This document shows positions 44,255-53,763 of a DNA stretch of 64,000 nucleotides, piece by piece. Location: NCBI GenBank assembly GCA_903873415.1, contig CAIQOK010000034.1:43962-107961 (forward strand), in the 5' to 3' direction. Within the stretch, counting starts at the first letter, position 1; each line of letters starts with the position of its first letter. Made by a program: the position numbers and the translations under genes. Source of the stretch: an uncultured Verrucomicrobiota bacterium (GTDB taxonomy: Bacteria > Verrucomicrobiota > Verrucomicrobiia > Limisphaerales > CAIQOK01). Below the pieces are notes generated by a model, which made no database searches, was not told where the DNA came from, and saw only the letters and a program-made list of their open reading frames with translations.

Positions 44255-44719
44255 CTAAGAGCCTCCTGGAAATCCCTGTTGCCGCAGCGCCTCGAAGAGC
44301 ACCAGAGCCACGCAGTTGGAGAGGTTCAGGGAACGCGCCGCGGGGTTGAACATGGGGATGCGCAGCCAAGTGTCCGGATTTTCCGCCAGCAATCGGGCCG
44401 GCAACCCCGCCGTTTCCCGGCCGAAGACGAGATAATCCGCGGGTGCAAAGAGTGCTTCGGTGTAAGCCCGGGGTCCGCCCGATTCAATCCACCAGAGTCG
44501 TGCCTCGGTTGGAAGGCTCTGTTTGAACGCGCCCCAATTCTTCCACCTGTGCCAGGTCAAGTGTTCCCAGTAATCCATTCCGGCGCGTTTCATCTGAGTG
44601 TCGTCGAGTTTGAATCCCAGAGGTTCCACCAAGTGGAGCGTGGAGCGTGTGGCTGCGCAAAGCCGGGCAATGTTGCCGGTGTTGGGGGGGATTTCCGGTT
44701 CGACCAGAACGATATGCAT
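44255..44719 (-). CDS. trmL: tRNA (cytidine/uridine-34-2'-O)-methyltransferase
   Basis: EPEIPPNTGNIAR, RAGMDYW, FGRETAGLP, RSLNLSN. Confidence 0.95.
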   Translation of the reverse strand: MHIVLVEPEIPPNTGNIARLCAATRSTLHLVEPLGFKLDDTQMKRAGMDYWEHLTWHRWKNWGAFKQSLPTEARLWWIESGGPRAYTEALFAPADYLVFGRETAGLPARLLAENPDTWLRIPMFNPAARSLNLSNCVALVLFEALRQQGFPGGS

Positions 44720-44794
44720 GATCTTAAATTCCCAACTGCCAAATCCGGGCTCCAAGGAAAAACCCGGCTCCGCCTTTTAAATTCACAGCCTGGC

Positions 44795-45607
44795 TCATGG
44801 GGATTTTGACGGGGGAGCTTTTCCTGGGTTTTGGGGCTTGGTACCGGGGCCTCTGCCGTAAAAAACCCGCCACAGTACCAATCCGTGGGCCGGCGCTGTC
44901 ATGCCGGCCACACGCCGGTCGGCTTCGACGAGCATGGACTGGACTTCCGCGGCCGGAAATTTGCCCAAGCCGACCTGAACCAGTGTGCCGACGATTCCTC
45001 GGCACATCTTGTACAGAAAGCCATCGCCTTCGATGACGAAGGTGAATTGCGGCCCGCTGCGTTTCACCTCGCAGCGGGTGAGGGAGCGCACGGTGGTTTG
45101 CTTTTTATAGCCTGGATTGGCGGCGAAGGACTGGAAATCGTGGCGACCCACGAATGATTTTGCAGCGGCCCGCATTGCCGGAAAATCCAGGCGGCGCGGG
45201 ACGTGCCAAGCATTGCGGCGTAGCAAAGGGTTCATCGCCGCATGGTTCCAGACGGCGTAGCGGTATTGTTTGCCCCGCGCATCAAAGCGGGCGTGAAAGC
45301 TCTTTCTGGCACGGGCGGCGGCGGTCACGCGGATGTCCTCTGGCAGCCAGGCATTGAGCGCAAGGGCCAGCTTGTCGGGGGGCATCCTGGCCTCGGTGCG
45401 GGGGGCTTCAAAATGCGCCACCATCCCCAGCGCATGAACTCCGGTATCTGTCCGACTCGAGCTGTGAACCCGGGGGCGGCAGGGGAATAATTTCGCGAGC
45501 GCGTCTTCGACCTTTTCCTGGACACCTGTGCCGGTTTTTTGCACCTGCCATCCCTCATAGCCGGCACCGTCATAGGCGATGGTGAGTTTGAATTTTACGG
45601 AGTCCAC
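44795..45607 (-). CDS. truA: tRNA pseudouridine(38-40) synthase
   Basis: YDG..Y.GWQ, SRTDTGVHA, FHARF, GFLYKM.R, TAPAHGL. Confidence 0.96.
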   Translation of the reverse strand: MDSVKFKLTIAYDGAGYEGWQVQKTGTGVQEKVEDALAKLFPCRPRVHSSSRTDTGVHALGMVAHFEAPRTEARMPPDKLALALNAWLPEDIRVTAAARARKSFHARFDARGKQYRYAVWNHAAMNPLLRRNAWHVPRRLDFPAMRAAAKSFVGRHDFQSFAANPGYKKQTTVRSLTRCEVKRSGPQFTFVIEGDGFLYKMCRGIVGTLVQVGLGKFPAAEVQSMLVEADRRVAGMTAPAHGLVLWRVFYGRGPGTKPQNPGKAPPSKSP

Positions 45608-45737
45608 AGGAGATCAGTCCGCGAAGGGAATTGGAGAAGGTGGGGGTGGTCCCTCATGCGAGAGCGGGGCGCTTGAGGAATCCCCATCCGCAGCAGCCAG
45701 TCGGGCATGCTTGTTTCTGCTTTTGGGCCGTTGAAAA

Positions 45738-46151
45738 TCATTGGGCCAAGCTGTCTAGATAGCTTTGCAGGAGAATAGCGGCGGCGGTTTTATCGATTTT
45801 TTCTTTGCGGTCCGCGCGGCGGACGCCGCCTTGGATCAGAAACTTCTGAGCCATGGTTGTGGTCAGTCTCTCGTCCCAGAGTTGGATGGGCATGCCAATC
45901 TTGTCATTGAGCACGGCGACGAACTCGCGGGTTTTCAGTGCGGCCGGGCCGTAACTGCCGTCCATGTTTCGCGGCATGCCGATGAGAATGAGCTCCACCT
46001 CCTTCTCGCGTAGCAGCTCCTTGAGTCTGGCGAGGAAGGCGTCAAAAGGTTCAGCCAGAATGAACTCTAGTGGTGTGGCGATCATCTTCAGCGAGTCGCT
46101 CACGGCAACGCCGATGCGCTTGGTTCCAGGGTCAAGGGCGAGGATTCTCAT
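45738..46151 (-). CDS. ruvX: RuvX/YqgF (pre-16S rRNA nuclease / Holliday junction resolvase-like)
   Basis: LALDPGTKRIGVAVSD, GMP.NMDG, WDERLTT, DKTAAAILLQSYL. Confidence 0.95.
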   Translation of the reverse strand: MRILALDPGTKRIGVAVSDSLKMIATPLEFILAEPFDAFLARLKELLREKEVELILIGMPRNMDGSYGPAALKTREFVAVLNDKIGMPIQLWDERLTTTMAQKFLIQGGVRRADRKEKIDKTAAAILLQSYLDSLAQ

Positions 46152-46167
46152 GGATTGAGACTTAAAA

Positions 46168-46276
46168 GGGTTTGTTCAAGGAACCGCTTTATTCAGTCCA
46201 GCAATGCCTTTCCTTCTGCCGCTATCCTGAAGCAAGGGGGCAATCTGTGAATGAATTACAGGGCGGTTGCACACCC
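46168..46276 (-). ncRNA. Candidate 109-nt structured RNA (6S-like)
   Basis: Nested complementary segments form one rod-like hairpin; CCUUGAAC on the 3' side; upstream TTGTCT-17-TAGGCT promoter; followed by U4. Confidence 0.55.
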
Positions 46277-46280
46277 GTGA

Positions 46281-46309
46281 AGCCTAGTCGCGGAGGGTCG
46301 GTCAGACAA
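46281..46309 (-). promoter_or_regulatory. Sigma70-type promoter for the candidate RNA and ruvX
   Basis: TTGTCT-17-TAGGCT, ending 4 nt before the GGG that opens the hairpin. Confidence 0.6.
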
Positions 46310-46359
46310 GCCTGCAATCCCCGCCGACGGGCCGCATTGGCGGAGGCGGGGGCGTCGGA

Positions 46360-47160
46360 TTAGAGCAATTCGCGCGGCTCGGATTGGATCCGGAGAGCAT
46401 AGCGGCCGGTGGTTTTAAGGAGTCGCAGACGGGATGCGAACGTGGCAGAGAGCTTTTTTCCAGTCAGCACCTCCGACTTTTTTCCGGCGGCGAGAACTCG
46501 ACCGGTTTTGAGAAGGAGCACATGGGAAAAGGCTGGCATGATCTCCTCCACATGATGGGTGACGAGGAGCAGGGTGGGTGAGTTCTTGGTCTGTCCCAGC
46601 CGGTGGAGGAATTGGAGAAAATGTTCGCGGGCTGCCGGGTCCAGTCCGGCGCAGGGTTCGTCCAGGATCAAAAGGCGGGGGTGTGCCATCAGGGCGCGGC
46701 CAATGAGCACCCGCTGCCGCTCTCCTTGAGATAATACTTCCCACGGGCGGTCTGCCAGATGTTTGCATTCAAGCCGGGTCAGCAGACGGTGCGCCTCAAT
46801 GACGTCGGCCTTGGTGGCGCGTGCCCAGAAATCGATCATGGCGTATTTTCCGCTGATCACGGTTTCCAGCGCCGGTTCGGCATTAGACATCCGCTGCCGG
46901 ATGGAAGAGCTGACGATTCCAATTTTGCGGCGGAGTTCGCGCCAGTCGGAGTGGCCGTAACGATGGCCAAGCAGGGTGATTTCACCGGTGGTGGGCATCA
47001 GGTATCCGGTCAGGGCGCTGAGGAGGGAGGTTTTACCGGAGCCGTTGGCGCCAAGGATGACCCAATGTTCACCTCGGTCCACGCGCCAGCAGATATCCTC
47101 CACAATGACGGTCTTGCCGCGCTGCACGCGCAGGCCGGAGACTTCCAAAATGGTTTTCAA
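46360..47160 (-). CDS. ABC ATP-binding protein (ModF/YlmA-like)
   Basis: GEHWVILGANGSGKT, LSQGERQR, LDEP, VTHH. Confidence 0.9.
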   Translation of the reverse strand: MKTILEVSGLRVQRGKTVIVEDICWRVDRGEHWVILGANGSGKTSLLSALTGYLMPTTGEITLLGHRYGHSDWRELRRKIGIVSSSIRQRMSNAEPALETVISGKYAMIDFWARATKADVIEAHRLLTRLECKHLADRPWEVLSQGERQRVLIGRALMAHPRLLILDEPCAGLDPAAREHFLQFLHRLGQTKNSPTLLLVTHHVEEIMPAFSHVLLLKTGRVLAAGKKSEVLTGKKLSATFASRLRLLKTTGRYALRIQSEPRELL

Positions 47161-47164
47161 AAGG

Positions 47165-48694
47165 TCAGGTCAAGGGTTTTGGGGAGGGGGCCGCCGGTGC
47201 GTTGGTGGCGGGTGCGGTGGCAGGCGGCGCGGGCGGGGCGGCTTCGGCAGGCAGTCCCAGCTTGGTCCTGAGGACGGCGCGCGCTTCAGTCGGCAGTCCC
47301 CGCTCAGGATCCAACATCCGGTCGCGGATGTCCTTGGCGATGATTTCAATGGGTGGCAGGCCGATGGCCTCCTTGCGCTCCTGGGGGATGGCACGGTCAT
47401 AGGAAGCCAGAACCTTTTTAGCCAGCAGCCAGAAGCCGTTGGCCCGCTCGTCCTGATCGAGAATCAGGCTTCGGAGATAATTGGCCAGCAGGCCCTCCAC
47501 TGCGGTTTTGATCCGGTCGTGCGATGTCTCGTTGATGTCGGATTGGACCGAAGCGACGGCGTATTCCTCCAAGGTGAGGGTGGCGGGCAGGGAATTGGGG
47601 CGGTCGTCCAGGATGGGTTTGTTGGGATATTTCCGGCCTAGATATTTGAACCAGCGTGCCGCCTCGGTCAGACGGTTGTTGACATAGAGCGAGTAGATGG
47701 CTTGGCGGAGGAAATTCCGATGGGCCTTCTCAATATGGTCCCGGTTCCGCTCGTCCTCCGCCATGTTCTGCTCGTAGATTTCGTTGGCTTTGGGAATGAT
47801 GTCGAGGTTGGGGCCGAACTCGAAGACTTTCTCCACGGGGTTGATCTCCAATCTTCCGCGCTGAAAGCTCAGAAGCATGTCCTGATAAATCACCCTGCGC
47901 AGTTGGATGAGATCCTCCGATTTGACTTTGGTCGGGTTGGCCTTCGCCGCTCTCAATCCCTGATCGGCCCAATAGATGGCGTGGGCTTCGGGGAGGCGCC
48001 ATTCCAGAGGGCCGTAATGTTCATCCACCTCCAGCATGGCGCGGGGATCCATCTTGAATTTATTGGTGAGAATGCCCAGCCGACGCGCCGCGTCCTCTGT
48101 TTTGGGATGGACCAGTTCGGTCAGGTCGGGTTGTTTGAGTTTGCCGAAAACCCCGGCCATCTCATTTGCCCACTGTTGCTTGTAATACATGTTTGCATCG
48201 TCAAGGTTGGCGCCGAGTTTGTGCTGGAAGAGCCAGGCCAGTTGCTGGTGGATCAGCACGTCGTGCGGATTGTAACGCAGGCCCTCGTCGCGCAGAAGTT
48301 CGATGCCGTTTTGCAGCCAGCGCCAGCGGTCCGGATAATCCTTGAATTTGACGGAGATGTTGTAGGCCATATTCCAGGCTTGGAAGACCCAGACTTGGGG
48401 GAAATGGGGTTCGAGTTTTGTGATCCAGTCTGCGAGCTGCGCCGCCTCGAAAAACTTGTCGTCGTCCTGCAGATCCGAGGCTCGGATCCAGAGGGCGTTC
48501 GCGATGAGGCCGCGAAAGCCGCCCAAGGCGACGGTGGTGAAGGCCAACACGGGAGGGGCGTTTTCCAGAGGGGTGACACGGGTGATGCCAAGTTGATCGC
48601 GTTCCCGGTTCAGGGATGTTTGCACTTTTGCCACCCCCAACAAGAAGATGCCGGCGAGCAGCAGCAGCAGAATTTTTTTCAAGCGCCCGTTCAT
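47165..48694 (-). CDS. Membrane-anchored, mostly helical (TPR-like) hypothetical protein
   Basis: N-terminal hydrophobic anchor; LGGFRGL.ANALW, W.FQAWNMAYNISV and RWRW...G...L..EGL.YNP blocks; ATGA overlap with the upstream permease. Confidence 0.8.
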   Translation of the reverse strand: MNGRLKKILLLLLAGIFLLGVAKVQTSLNRERDQLGITRVTPLENAPPVLAFTTVALGGFRGLIANALWIRASDLQDDDKFFEAAQLADWITKLEPHFPQVWVFQAWNMAYNISVKFKDYPDRWRWLQNGIELLRDEGLRYNPHDVLIHQQLAWLFQHKLGANLDDANMYYKQQWANEMAGVFGKLKQPDLTELVHPKTEDAARRLGILTNKFKMDPRAMLEVDEHYGPLEWRLPEAHAIYWADQGLRAAKANPTKVKSEDLIQLRRVIYQDMLLSFQRGRLEINPVEKVFEFGPNLDIIPKANEIYEQNMAEDERNRDHIEKAHRNFLRQAIYSLYVNNRLTEAARWFKYLGRKYPNKPILDDRPNSLPATLTLEEYAVASVQSDINETSHDRIKTAVEGLLANYLRSLILDQDERANGFWLLAKKVLASYDRAIPQERKEAIGLPPIEIIAKDIRDRMLDPERGLPTEARAVLRTKLGLPAEAAPPAPPATAPATNAPAAPSPKPLT

Positions 48695-50079
48695 TGGTTC
48701 GACTGTGCGGTGGCCAGTTCCCGTCGGTTCAGCCCGATCACTCCGATGAGTCCGGCAGTTCCACCCAGCAGCAGAACGATCTGCGCAAAGGCCCGTCCCA
48801 GATCCGTCCACGAAATGCTCCGGCCGGTGCTCAGGGCGTCGATGGGTGAGAAACCTTTGGCCAGATTGATCAGATTAAGGGCGGCGCGAAAGGCTGGAAC
48901 GATGACCACGTCCATGGCAGAGTGCCCGGCACGGCCGCTTTCGGAGTCGGATCCCATGATGGTGCCTTCAGCCACCACGTTGGCCAACGTGCCGCTGGAG
49001 AGCGACATGGTCAGAATGCCCAGCGAAAAGAAGGCGGCCACGGGGAAGGAGAGAAAGCTTGCCGCCGCCAAGCCCAGTGCCGCCAGAAGGGACATCCAGC
49101 AGAAAATCACAGACAGACCACGCGCGAAATTCAGGCCGAAACCACCCTCGTGGTAGAGCACCTCCAGGCCCTCGTCGAGGGAGAAAAGGAGGGCGGTTTC
49201 ATTGGAGTTCAGGAAGCTGATCGTCAGAAGGCCGGCGTCGTCGAAAAGGTTGGGCGGGATGGTGAATTCATGAAAGGTGTCCGGGGCCAGGCTCATGGGT
49301 TGACTTCGCCATGCTTGGGTTTTCTGGGGCACTCCCACCTGCCACAGGCCGGTGAACGTGCCCGAGGCGCTTTTGGCGGCGGAGTTGAATTTGATCCGCA
49401 ATTGCATCGGTTTGTCGCGCACCATGTGACGAGTCAGGCCCAGATTGATTTGCCAGACGCGGGCGTTGCCGGGCGGGATGATTTGGTAGGAGGCTTTGAC
49501 CTGTTCGAGGATCTGCTTGCGCACCTCAGGCAGGTCTGCGCCGTCGACCGGTTTTTTTTTCAAGCGCTCTTGCAGCACCCGGTCGGCTTCCGCCTGGATT
49601 TCGCCCGAGAAACTTTGCTCCTTCAGGGAAGCTCGGGCCACGAGGATTTCGTTCCGGAGGATGGCCTGTTCCAGGACTGGTAAACGGGTGGAGCGCCACT
49701 GAAGCAAGGCATAGACGCCGCCGCCCGAGAGAGCCAGCAGTGCGGCGTTGAGCGAGAGCAACCCGAGCCACTTGCCCAGCCATATTTGCCAGCGGCCGAT
49801 GGGTTTGACCGCCACCATCTGGATCTGACATTCCTCGATGTCTCGCGCCAGTGTTCCGCACGCCAGCCAGAGCGTGGAGAGTCCCAGCAAGGCCGTGATG
49901 GTGCTCAGTGTGTAGGTGAGCAGAATTTGGGTGAATCCCCGGGCCGTGCCATCGTCCTTGATCAGCAGGGGTAGGCCAATGACCGAGGCTAAGAGCAAGG
50001 CCGCGACGACCAGAAACAGACGGAACCGGAAAGCGGCTTTCCAGGTCAATCCGGCTATGGCTAGAATACGTTGCATCAA
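48691..50079 (-). CDS. ABC-2-type transporter permease with large soluble loop
   Basis: Multi-TM; DIE...I.MV..KPI.RWQI.LGKWLG motif. Confidence 0.8.
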   Translation of the reverse strand: MMQRILAIAGLTWKAAFRFRLFLVVAALLLASVIGLPLLIKDDGTARGFTQILLTYTLSTITALLGLSTLWLACGTLARDIEECQIQMVAVKPIGRWQIWLGKWLGLLSLNAALLALSGGGVYALLQWRSTRLPVLEQAILRNEILVARASLKEQSFSGEIQAEADRVLQERLKKKPVDGADLPEVRKQILEQVKASYQIIPPGNARVWQINLGLTRHMVRDKPMQLRIKFNSAAKSASGTFTGLWQVGVPQKTQAWRSQPMSLAPDTFHEFTIPPNLFDDAGLLTISFLNSNETALLFSLDEGLEVLYHEGGFGLNFARGLSVIFCWMSLLAALGLAAASFLSFPVAAFFSLGILTMSLSSGTLANVVAEGTIMGSDSESGRAGHSAMDVVIVPAFRAALNLINLAKGFSPIDALSTGRSISWTDLGRAFAQIVLLLGGTAGLIGVIGLNRRELATAQSNQ

Positions 50080-50184
50080 ATGGGTTTTGCAGCCTCCGCA
50101 GTGCAGGGGATCGAAAGGGTGATGGCGGCTTCACAAGCTGGCACGGGACAAGTCTTCATGAGTAAATGTTTAAGGAGTGGGCTG

Positions 50185-51396
50185 TCATTTTTTGCCGCCC
50201 AGAAGGGACGAAAGTTTCTCGTCGGCTTGTTTCAAGTCCACCGGCTCCGGTCCAGGTGTTGCGGGAGGGGAGGGTTGTGAGGGATGCGCTTGTGTTGTCC
50301 TGATCAGTTGGTCGAGTTTTTGTTCATCCACCGAGGGAAGGGCTTTGGGGGCGGGCTGGGGGGCGGCTGGGGAAATCTCCGGGAGGCTGAGTTTCTCGAG
50401 GACTTTTTCGCAGGCTATCGTCTCCTCCGCACCGCCGCGCAGGTAGGCGGCAACCCGGGCGCCGGACTGTGCTCCGCTGGTTTGCTGGGAGGCCCGTTTC
50501 GCTTTTTCAACCACCTCCAGAAAATAGCTCTCCAGATTCTGAGTCGGGTTGTCGACGCGCACATCGCCTGCTGAGACATCGTGGCGGAGAATTTCCAGAA
50601 CGCGCTCCAGAGTGGCCCGAGGCAGCACAGGGGTGGTGATGCGGAGGGTGTCCGGTTTGGCCAGCAGTTCATTGAGCGTTCCCAGTGCCTGCACCTTCCC
50701 GCCGTAATAAATCACCACCCGGTCGCAGACATCCTCCACATCCGAGAGCAAATGGCTGCTTAAAATCACCGTTTTGCCCCGGCGCGCCAGCGCCAGAATC
50801 AGGTCTTTGATTTCCCGGCAACCAATGGGGTCCAGACCGGCCGTCGGTTCGTCCAGAATGATAAGGTCGGGGTCGTTGATGAGGGCCTGGGCAAGGCCGA
50901 TGCGGCGCTGCATGCCCTTGGAGAATTCGCCGACCGCCCGGGTGCGGGTTTGACTCAAGCCAACCATTTCCAGAAGCTGTTCCGCGCGGGCATCACGCTC
51001 GGCCTTGCTTAGTTCAAAGAGGTTGCCGAAAAAGTCCAGGGTTTCGCGTGAATTGAGGTAACGGTAGAGGTAGGATTCCTCCGGCAGATAGCCGATGCGG
51101 GCCTTGGTTGCCACGTGCCTGGGCGAATGGCCGAAAACCTCGATATGGCCCTTGGTCGGGTTCAGCAGGCCAAGAAGGAGTTTGACTGTGGTGGACTTGC
51201 CCGAACCGTTCGGTCCCAACAAGCCAAACACCTCGCCCCGCTTCACATCGAAATCGACGTTGTCCACCGCGCGGGCCTTGGGGCGTCCCCAGAAATCTTT
51301 GAACACCTTGGTCAGTCCGCGGACGGAGACGATGACCTCGGCATTTGATTGCGGGTTGCGGACAGCGGAGCGAGGAATTGATTCGACGACAGGCAT
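50185..51396 (-). CDS. ABC transporter ATP-binding protein with C-terminal extension
   Basis: GPNGSGKST, FSKGMQRR, LDEPT, SSH; Pro-rich C-terminal tail. Confidence 0.92.
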   Translation of the reverse strand: MPVVESIPRSAVRNPQSNAEVIVSVRGLTKVFKDFWGRPKARAVDNVDFDVKRGEVFGLLGPNGSGKSTTVKLLLGLLNPTKGHIEVFGHSPRHVATKARIGYLPEESYLYRYLNSRETLDFFGNLFELSKAERDARAEQLLEMVGLSQTRTRAVGEFSKGMQRRIGLAQALINDPDLIILDEPTAGLDPIGCREIKDLILALARRGKTVILSSHLLSDVEDVCDRVVIYYGGKVQALGTLNELLAKPDTLRITTPVLPRATLERVLEILRHDVSAGDVRVDNPTQNLESYFLEVVEKAKRASQQTSGAQSGARVAAYLRGGAEETIACEKVLEKLSLPEISPAAPQPAPKALPSVDEQKLDQLIRTTQAHPSQPSPPATPGPEPVDLKQADEKLSSLLGGKK

Positions 51397-51752
51397 AAAA
51401 AGCAACTAATTGCTTGCGGCTGATTTCGAGTGTCGATCCGGCCGGGCAATGCAGGGGACGATATCACGAAACAGGTGAACCCGCTTGAAACATCCTGATG
51501 TTTCGGGATGCGGATGCGCCGGATACGGCTCGTTGAGGGTCCCATCTTTGCCTGTTTTCCAGGGAGCGCAGGCAAGTTGGATGGGTGACAAGTTCCGGAA
51601 CGGGTTTGAAATGCGGCTTGATTGAAGTGCCGATGAACGGTGCGAAATGACTGTTACCACCCCAGAACAAACCGGGAGAATTGCCGGGCCTTCAGGCCGC
51701 GGAAAGATTGCAATTTGATTTGCTGAGGGATGGGTGTTCATCCGCTTGGGTG

Positions 51753-53741
51753 TCAGGCCCGTTCCGGCGTCAGCTGTCCGGGTTTGGTTCCTGCCGTTTC
51801 GGGATGGAAATGCTCCAGTTCCTCGCCCTTGCGCACCAGCCGGGCGCTGTTGAAAACCACGATGAATGTTCCGGTCACGTGCAGCATGGATGCCATGATT
51901 GGACCGACCACGCCGAAGGCGGCCACCGTGAGTCCGCCGATGATGAAGACCACGCCGAAGGCGAAGTTCTGGTTGATGACCGTGCGGGTGCTGCGGGAGA
52001 GTTTCACCAGGAATGGCAGCCGTCGAAGATCATTGTTCATCAGCGCAATGGTGGCGCTGTGGATGGCCACCTCGCTGCCGGCGGCACCCATGGCGATGCC
52101 GATGTCGCCGGCGGCCAAGGCCGGAGCGTCGTTCACGCCGTCGCCGATGACCGCGACCTTGTAGCCCTTGGCTTTCATGGCGCGGACGAACTCCACCTTG
52201 TTCTGGGGCAGGCAATCGCCCTGCGCCTCTTCGCAGCCGATCTCAGCGGCCACGCGGGTGGCAACCACCTGACGGTCGCCCGAGATCATGGCGATCCGGC
52301 GCACTCCTGACTCCTTGAGTTCGAGGAGGGACTCGCGGGCTTCCGGGCGGGTTTTGTCCTGCATGCCTATCCAGCCGACACATTGGCCGTTGCGGGCCAC
52401 GAAGATCAAACTCCAGCCCTCGGTCTCGCCGAGGTCGACGGTTTTTTCAAACTCGCTGTCCACGTGGTTGTCCTTGAGCCATTGGGCCCGTCCCACAAGC
52501 ACCGTTGAGCCGTTGATCAGGGCCTGAACCCCTCGTCCGGCGGTTTCGGTGAAATCCTTCGGCTCCACCAATGGGACGCCGGCTTCGGCTGCGAGTTGGG
52601 CGAGCGCCTTGGCGGTGGGGTGGTTGCTATACTTTTCGGCGGACGCGGCCAGAAGGAGAAGTTCGGCAGGTTTGATGTCGCCAATGGGGGCAAGGCGGCT
52701 GACGGCCAGCTGCCCTGTGGTCAGTGTGCCGGTTTTGTCGAAGACGAAGGCGTTGATCTTAGCAGCCAGCTCAATATCGGCCACGTTCTTGATCAAGATC
52801 CCGAGGCGGGCGGCGGCGGAGAGTGCGGCTACCATCGCCGTTGGGGTCGCTAGAATGAAGGCGCAAGGGCATGAGACAACAAAGACCGAGATGACCCGGT
52901 TAAGGTCATGGGTGAAGGCCCAGACTAGGGCTCCAATGACCAGCACGAGGGGCGTGTAAAAGCCCATGTATTGGTCGACAATCTTCATGATCGGCAGCTT
53001 CGTCTGTTCGGCGGCCAAAATAAGTTCGCGAACCCGGCCTAAGGTGGTGTCGCTACCAGCCCGGCTGACTTTGATTTCCAGGACGCCAGTGAGGTTTTGT
53101 GTCCCGGCAAAAACTTCGTCGCCGGGTTTTTTGTCGGCGGGCAGCGATTCGCCGGTGATGGTCGCCTGATTAAAGGAGCCTTGGCCGCTGACAATCACCC
53201 CGTCAGCAGCCACGTTGTCGCCGGGCCGAATGCGGATGAGGTCCCCGATGGAAAGTTGGCTGGCGGCGATTTCCTCTTCGTTGCCGTCCTTCCTGATGCG
53301 TCGCGCCTTGGTGGGTGTGAGTTTGATGAGGGATTCAATGGAGTTGCGTGCGCCTTCGGCGGTGCGGGATTCGATCACCTCACCCATCAGCATGAAGAAG
53401 GCGACAATACCCGAGGTTTTGTAGTCGCCGGAGGCAAACGCGGCGAGCACCGCGATGGCTACCAGCTCGTTGATACTCAGGCGCCCGAGCCGCAAATCTT
53501 TGATGGCGGTGATGACGATGGGAGTGCCGAGAAGAATGGAGCCGAAGAATGCGCTGGCGCTGGCGACCGTGCCGCCCTGATCGAAGAGCCAGTCCACCAG
53601 AAATGCGTTGAGCACCAGCACCAGCCACTTCAGATCTAGGCTGGCGTGTTCGTGGTCATGCCCGCAGCCGCATTCAGGACCATGCTGGTGGGCAGGGTCG
53701 TGTCCGTGGTCGCGGTGGCTCAGGAGCGAGGTGACTTGCAT
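51753..53741 (-). CDS. Heavy-metal P1B-type ATPase with His/Cys-rich N-terminus
   Basis: TGES, SCPC, DKTGT, HP, GDGVND; N-terminal HRDHGHDPAHQHGPECGCGHDHEH. Confidence 0.95.
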   Translation of the reverse strand: MQVTSLLSHRDHGHDPAHQHGPECGCGHDHEHASLDLKWLVLVLNAFLVDWLFDQGGTVASASAFFGSILLGTPIVITAIKDLRLGRLSINELVAIAVLAAFASGDYKTSGIVAFFMLMGEVIESRTAEGARNSIESLIKLTPTKARRIRKDGNEEEIAASQLSIGDLIRIRPGDNVAADGVIVSGQGSFNQATITGESLPADKKPGDEVFAGTQNLTGVLEIKVSRAGSDTTLGRVRELILAAEQTKLPIMKIVDQYMGFYTPLVLVIGALVWAFTHDLNRVISVFVVSCPCAFILATPTAMVAALSAAARLGILIKNVADIELAAKINAFVFDKTGTLTTGQLAVSRLAPIGDIKPAELLLLAASAEKYSNHPTAKALAQLAAEAGVPLVEPKDFTETAGRGVQALINGSTVLVGRAQWLKDNHVDSEFEKTVDLGETEGWSLIFVARNGQCVGWIGMQDKTRPEARESLLELKESGVRRIAMISGDRQVVATRVAAEIGCEEAQGDCLPQNKVEFVRAMKAKGYKVAVIGDGVNDAPALAAGDIGIAMGAAGSEVAIHSATIALMNNDLRRLPFLVKLSRSTRTVINQNFAFGVVFIIGGLTVAAFGVVGPIMASMLHVTGTFIVVFNSARLVRKGEELEHFHPETAGTKPGQLTPERA

Positions 53742-53763
53742 ATCGCAGGGATGGAGGGCCGTG

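Noticed and set aside
46168..46276. SRP (4.5S) RNA as identity of the hairpin RNA
   Set aside because: Lacks the CAGG-stem-GGAA/GNRA-stem-AGCA domain IV arrangement.
51406..51741. 111-aa ORF between the P1B-ATPase and the ABC ATPase
   Set aside because: No motif and atypical composition; treated as intergenic.
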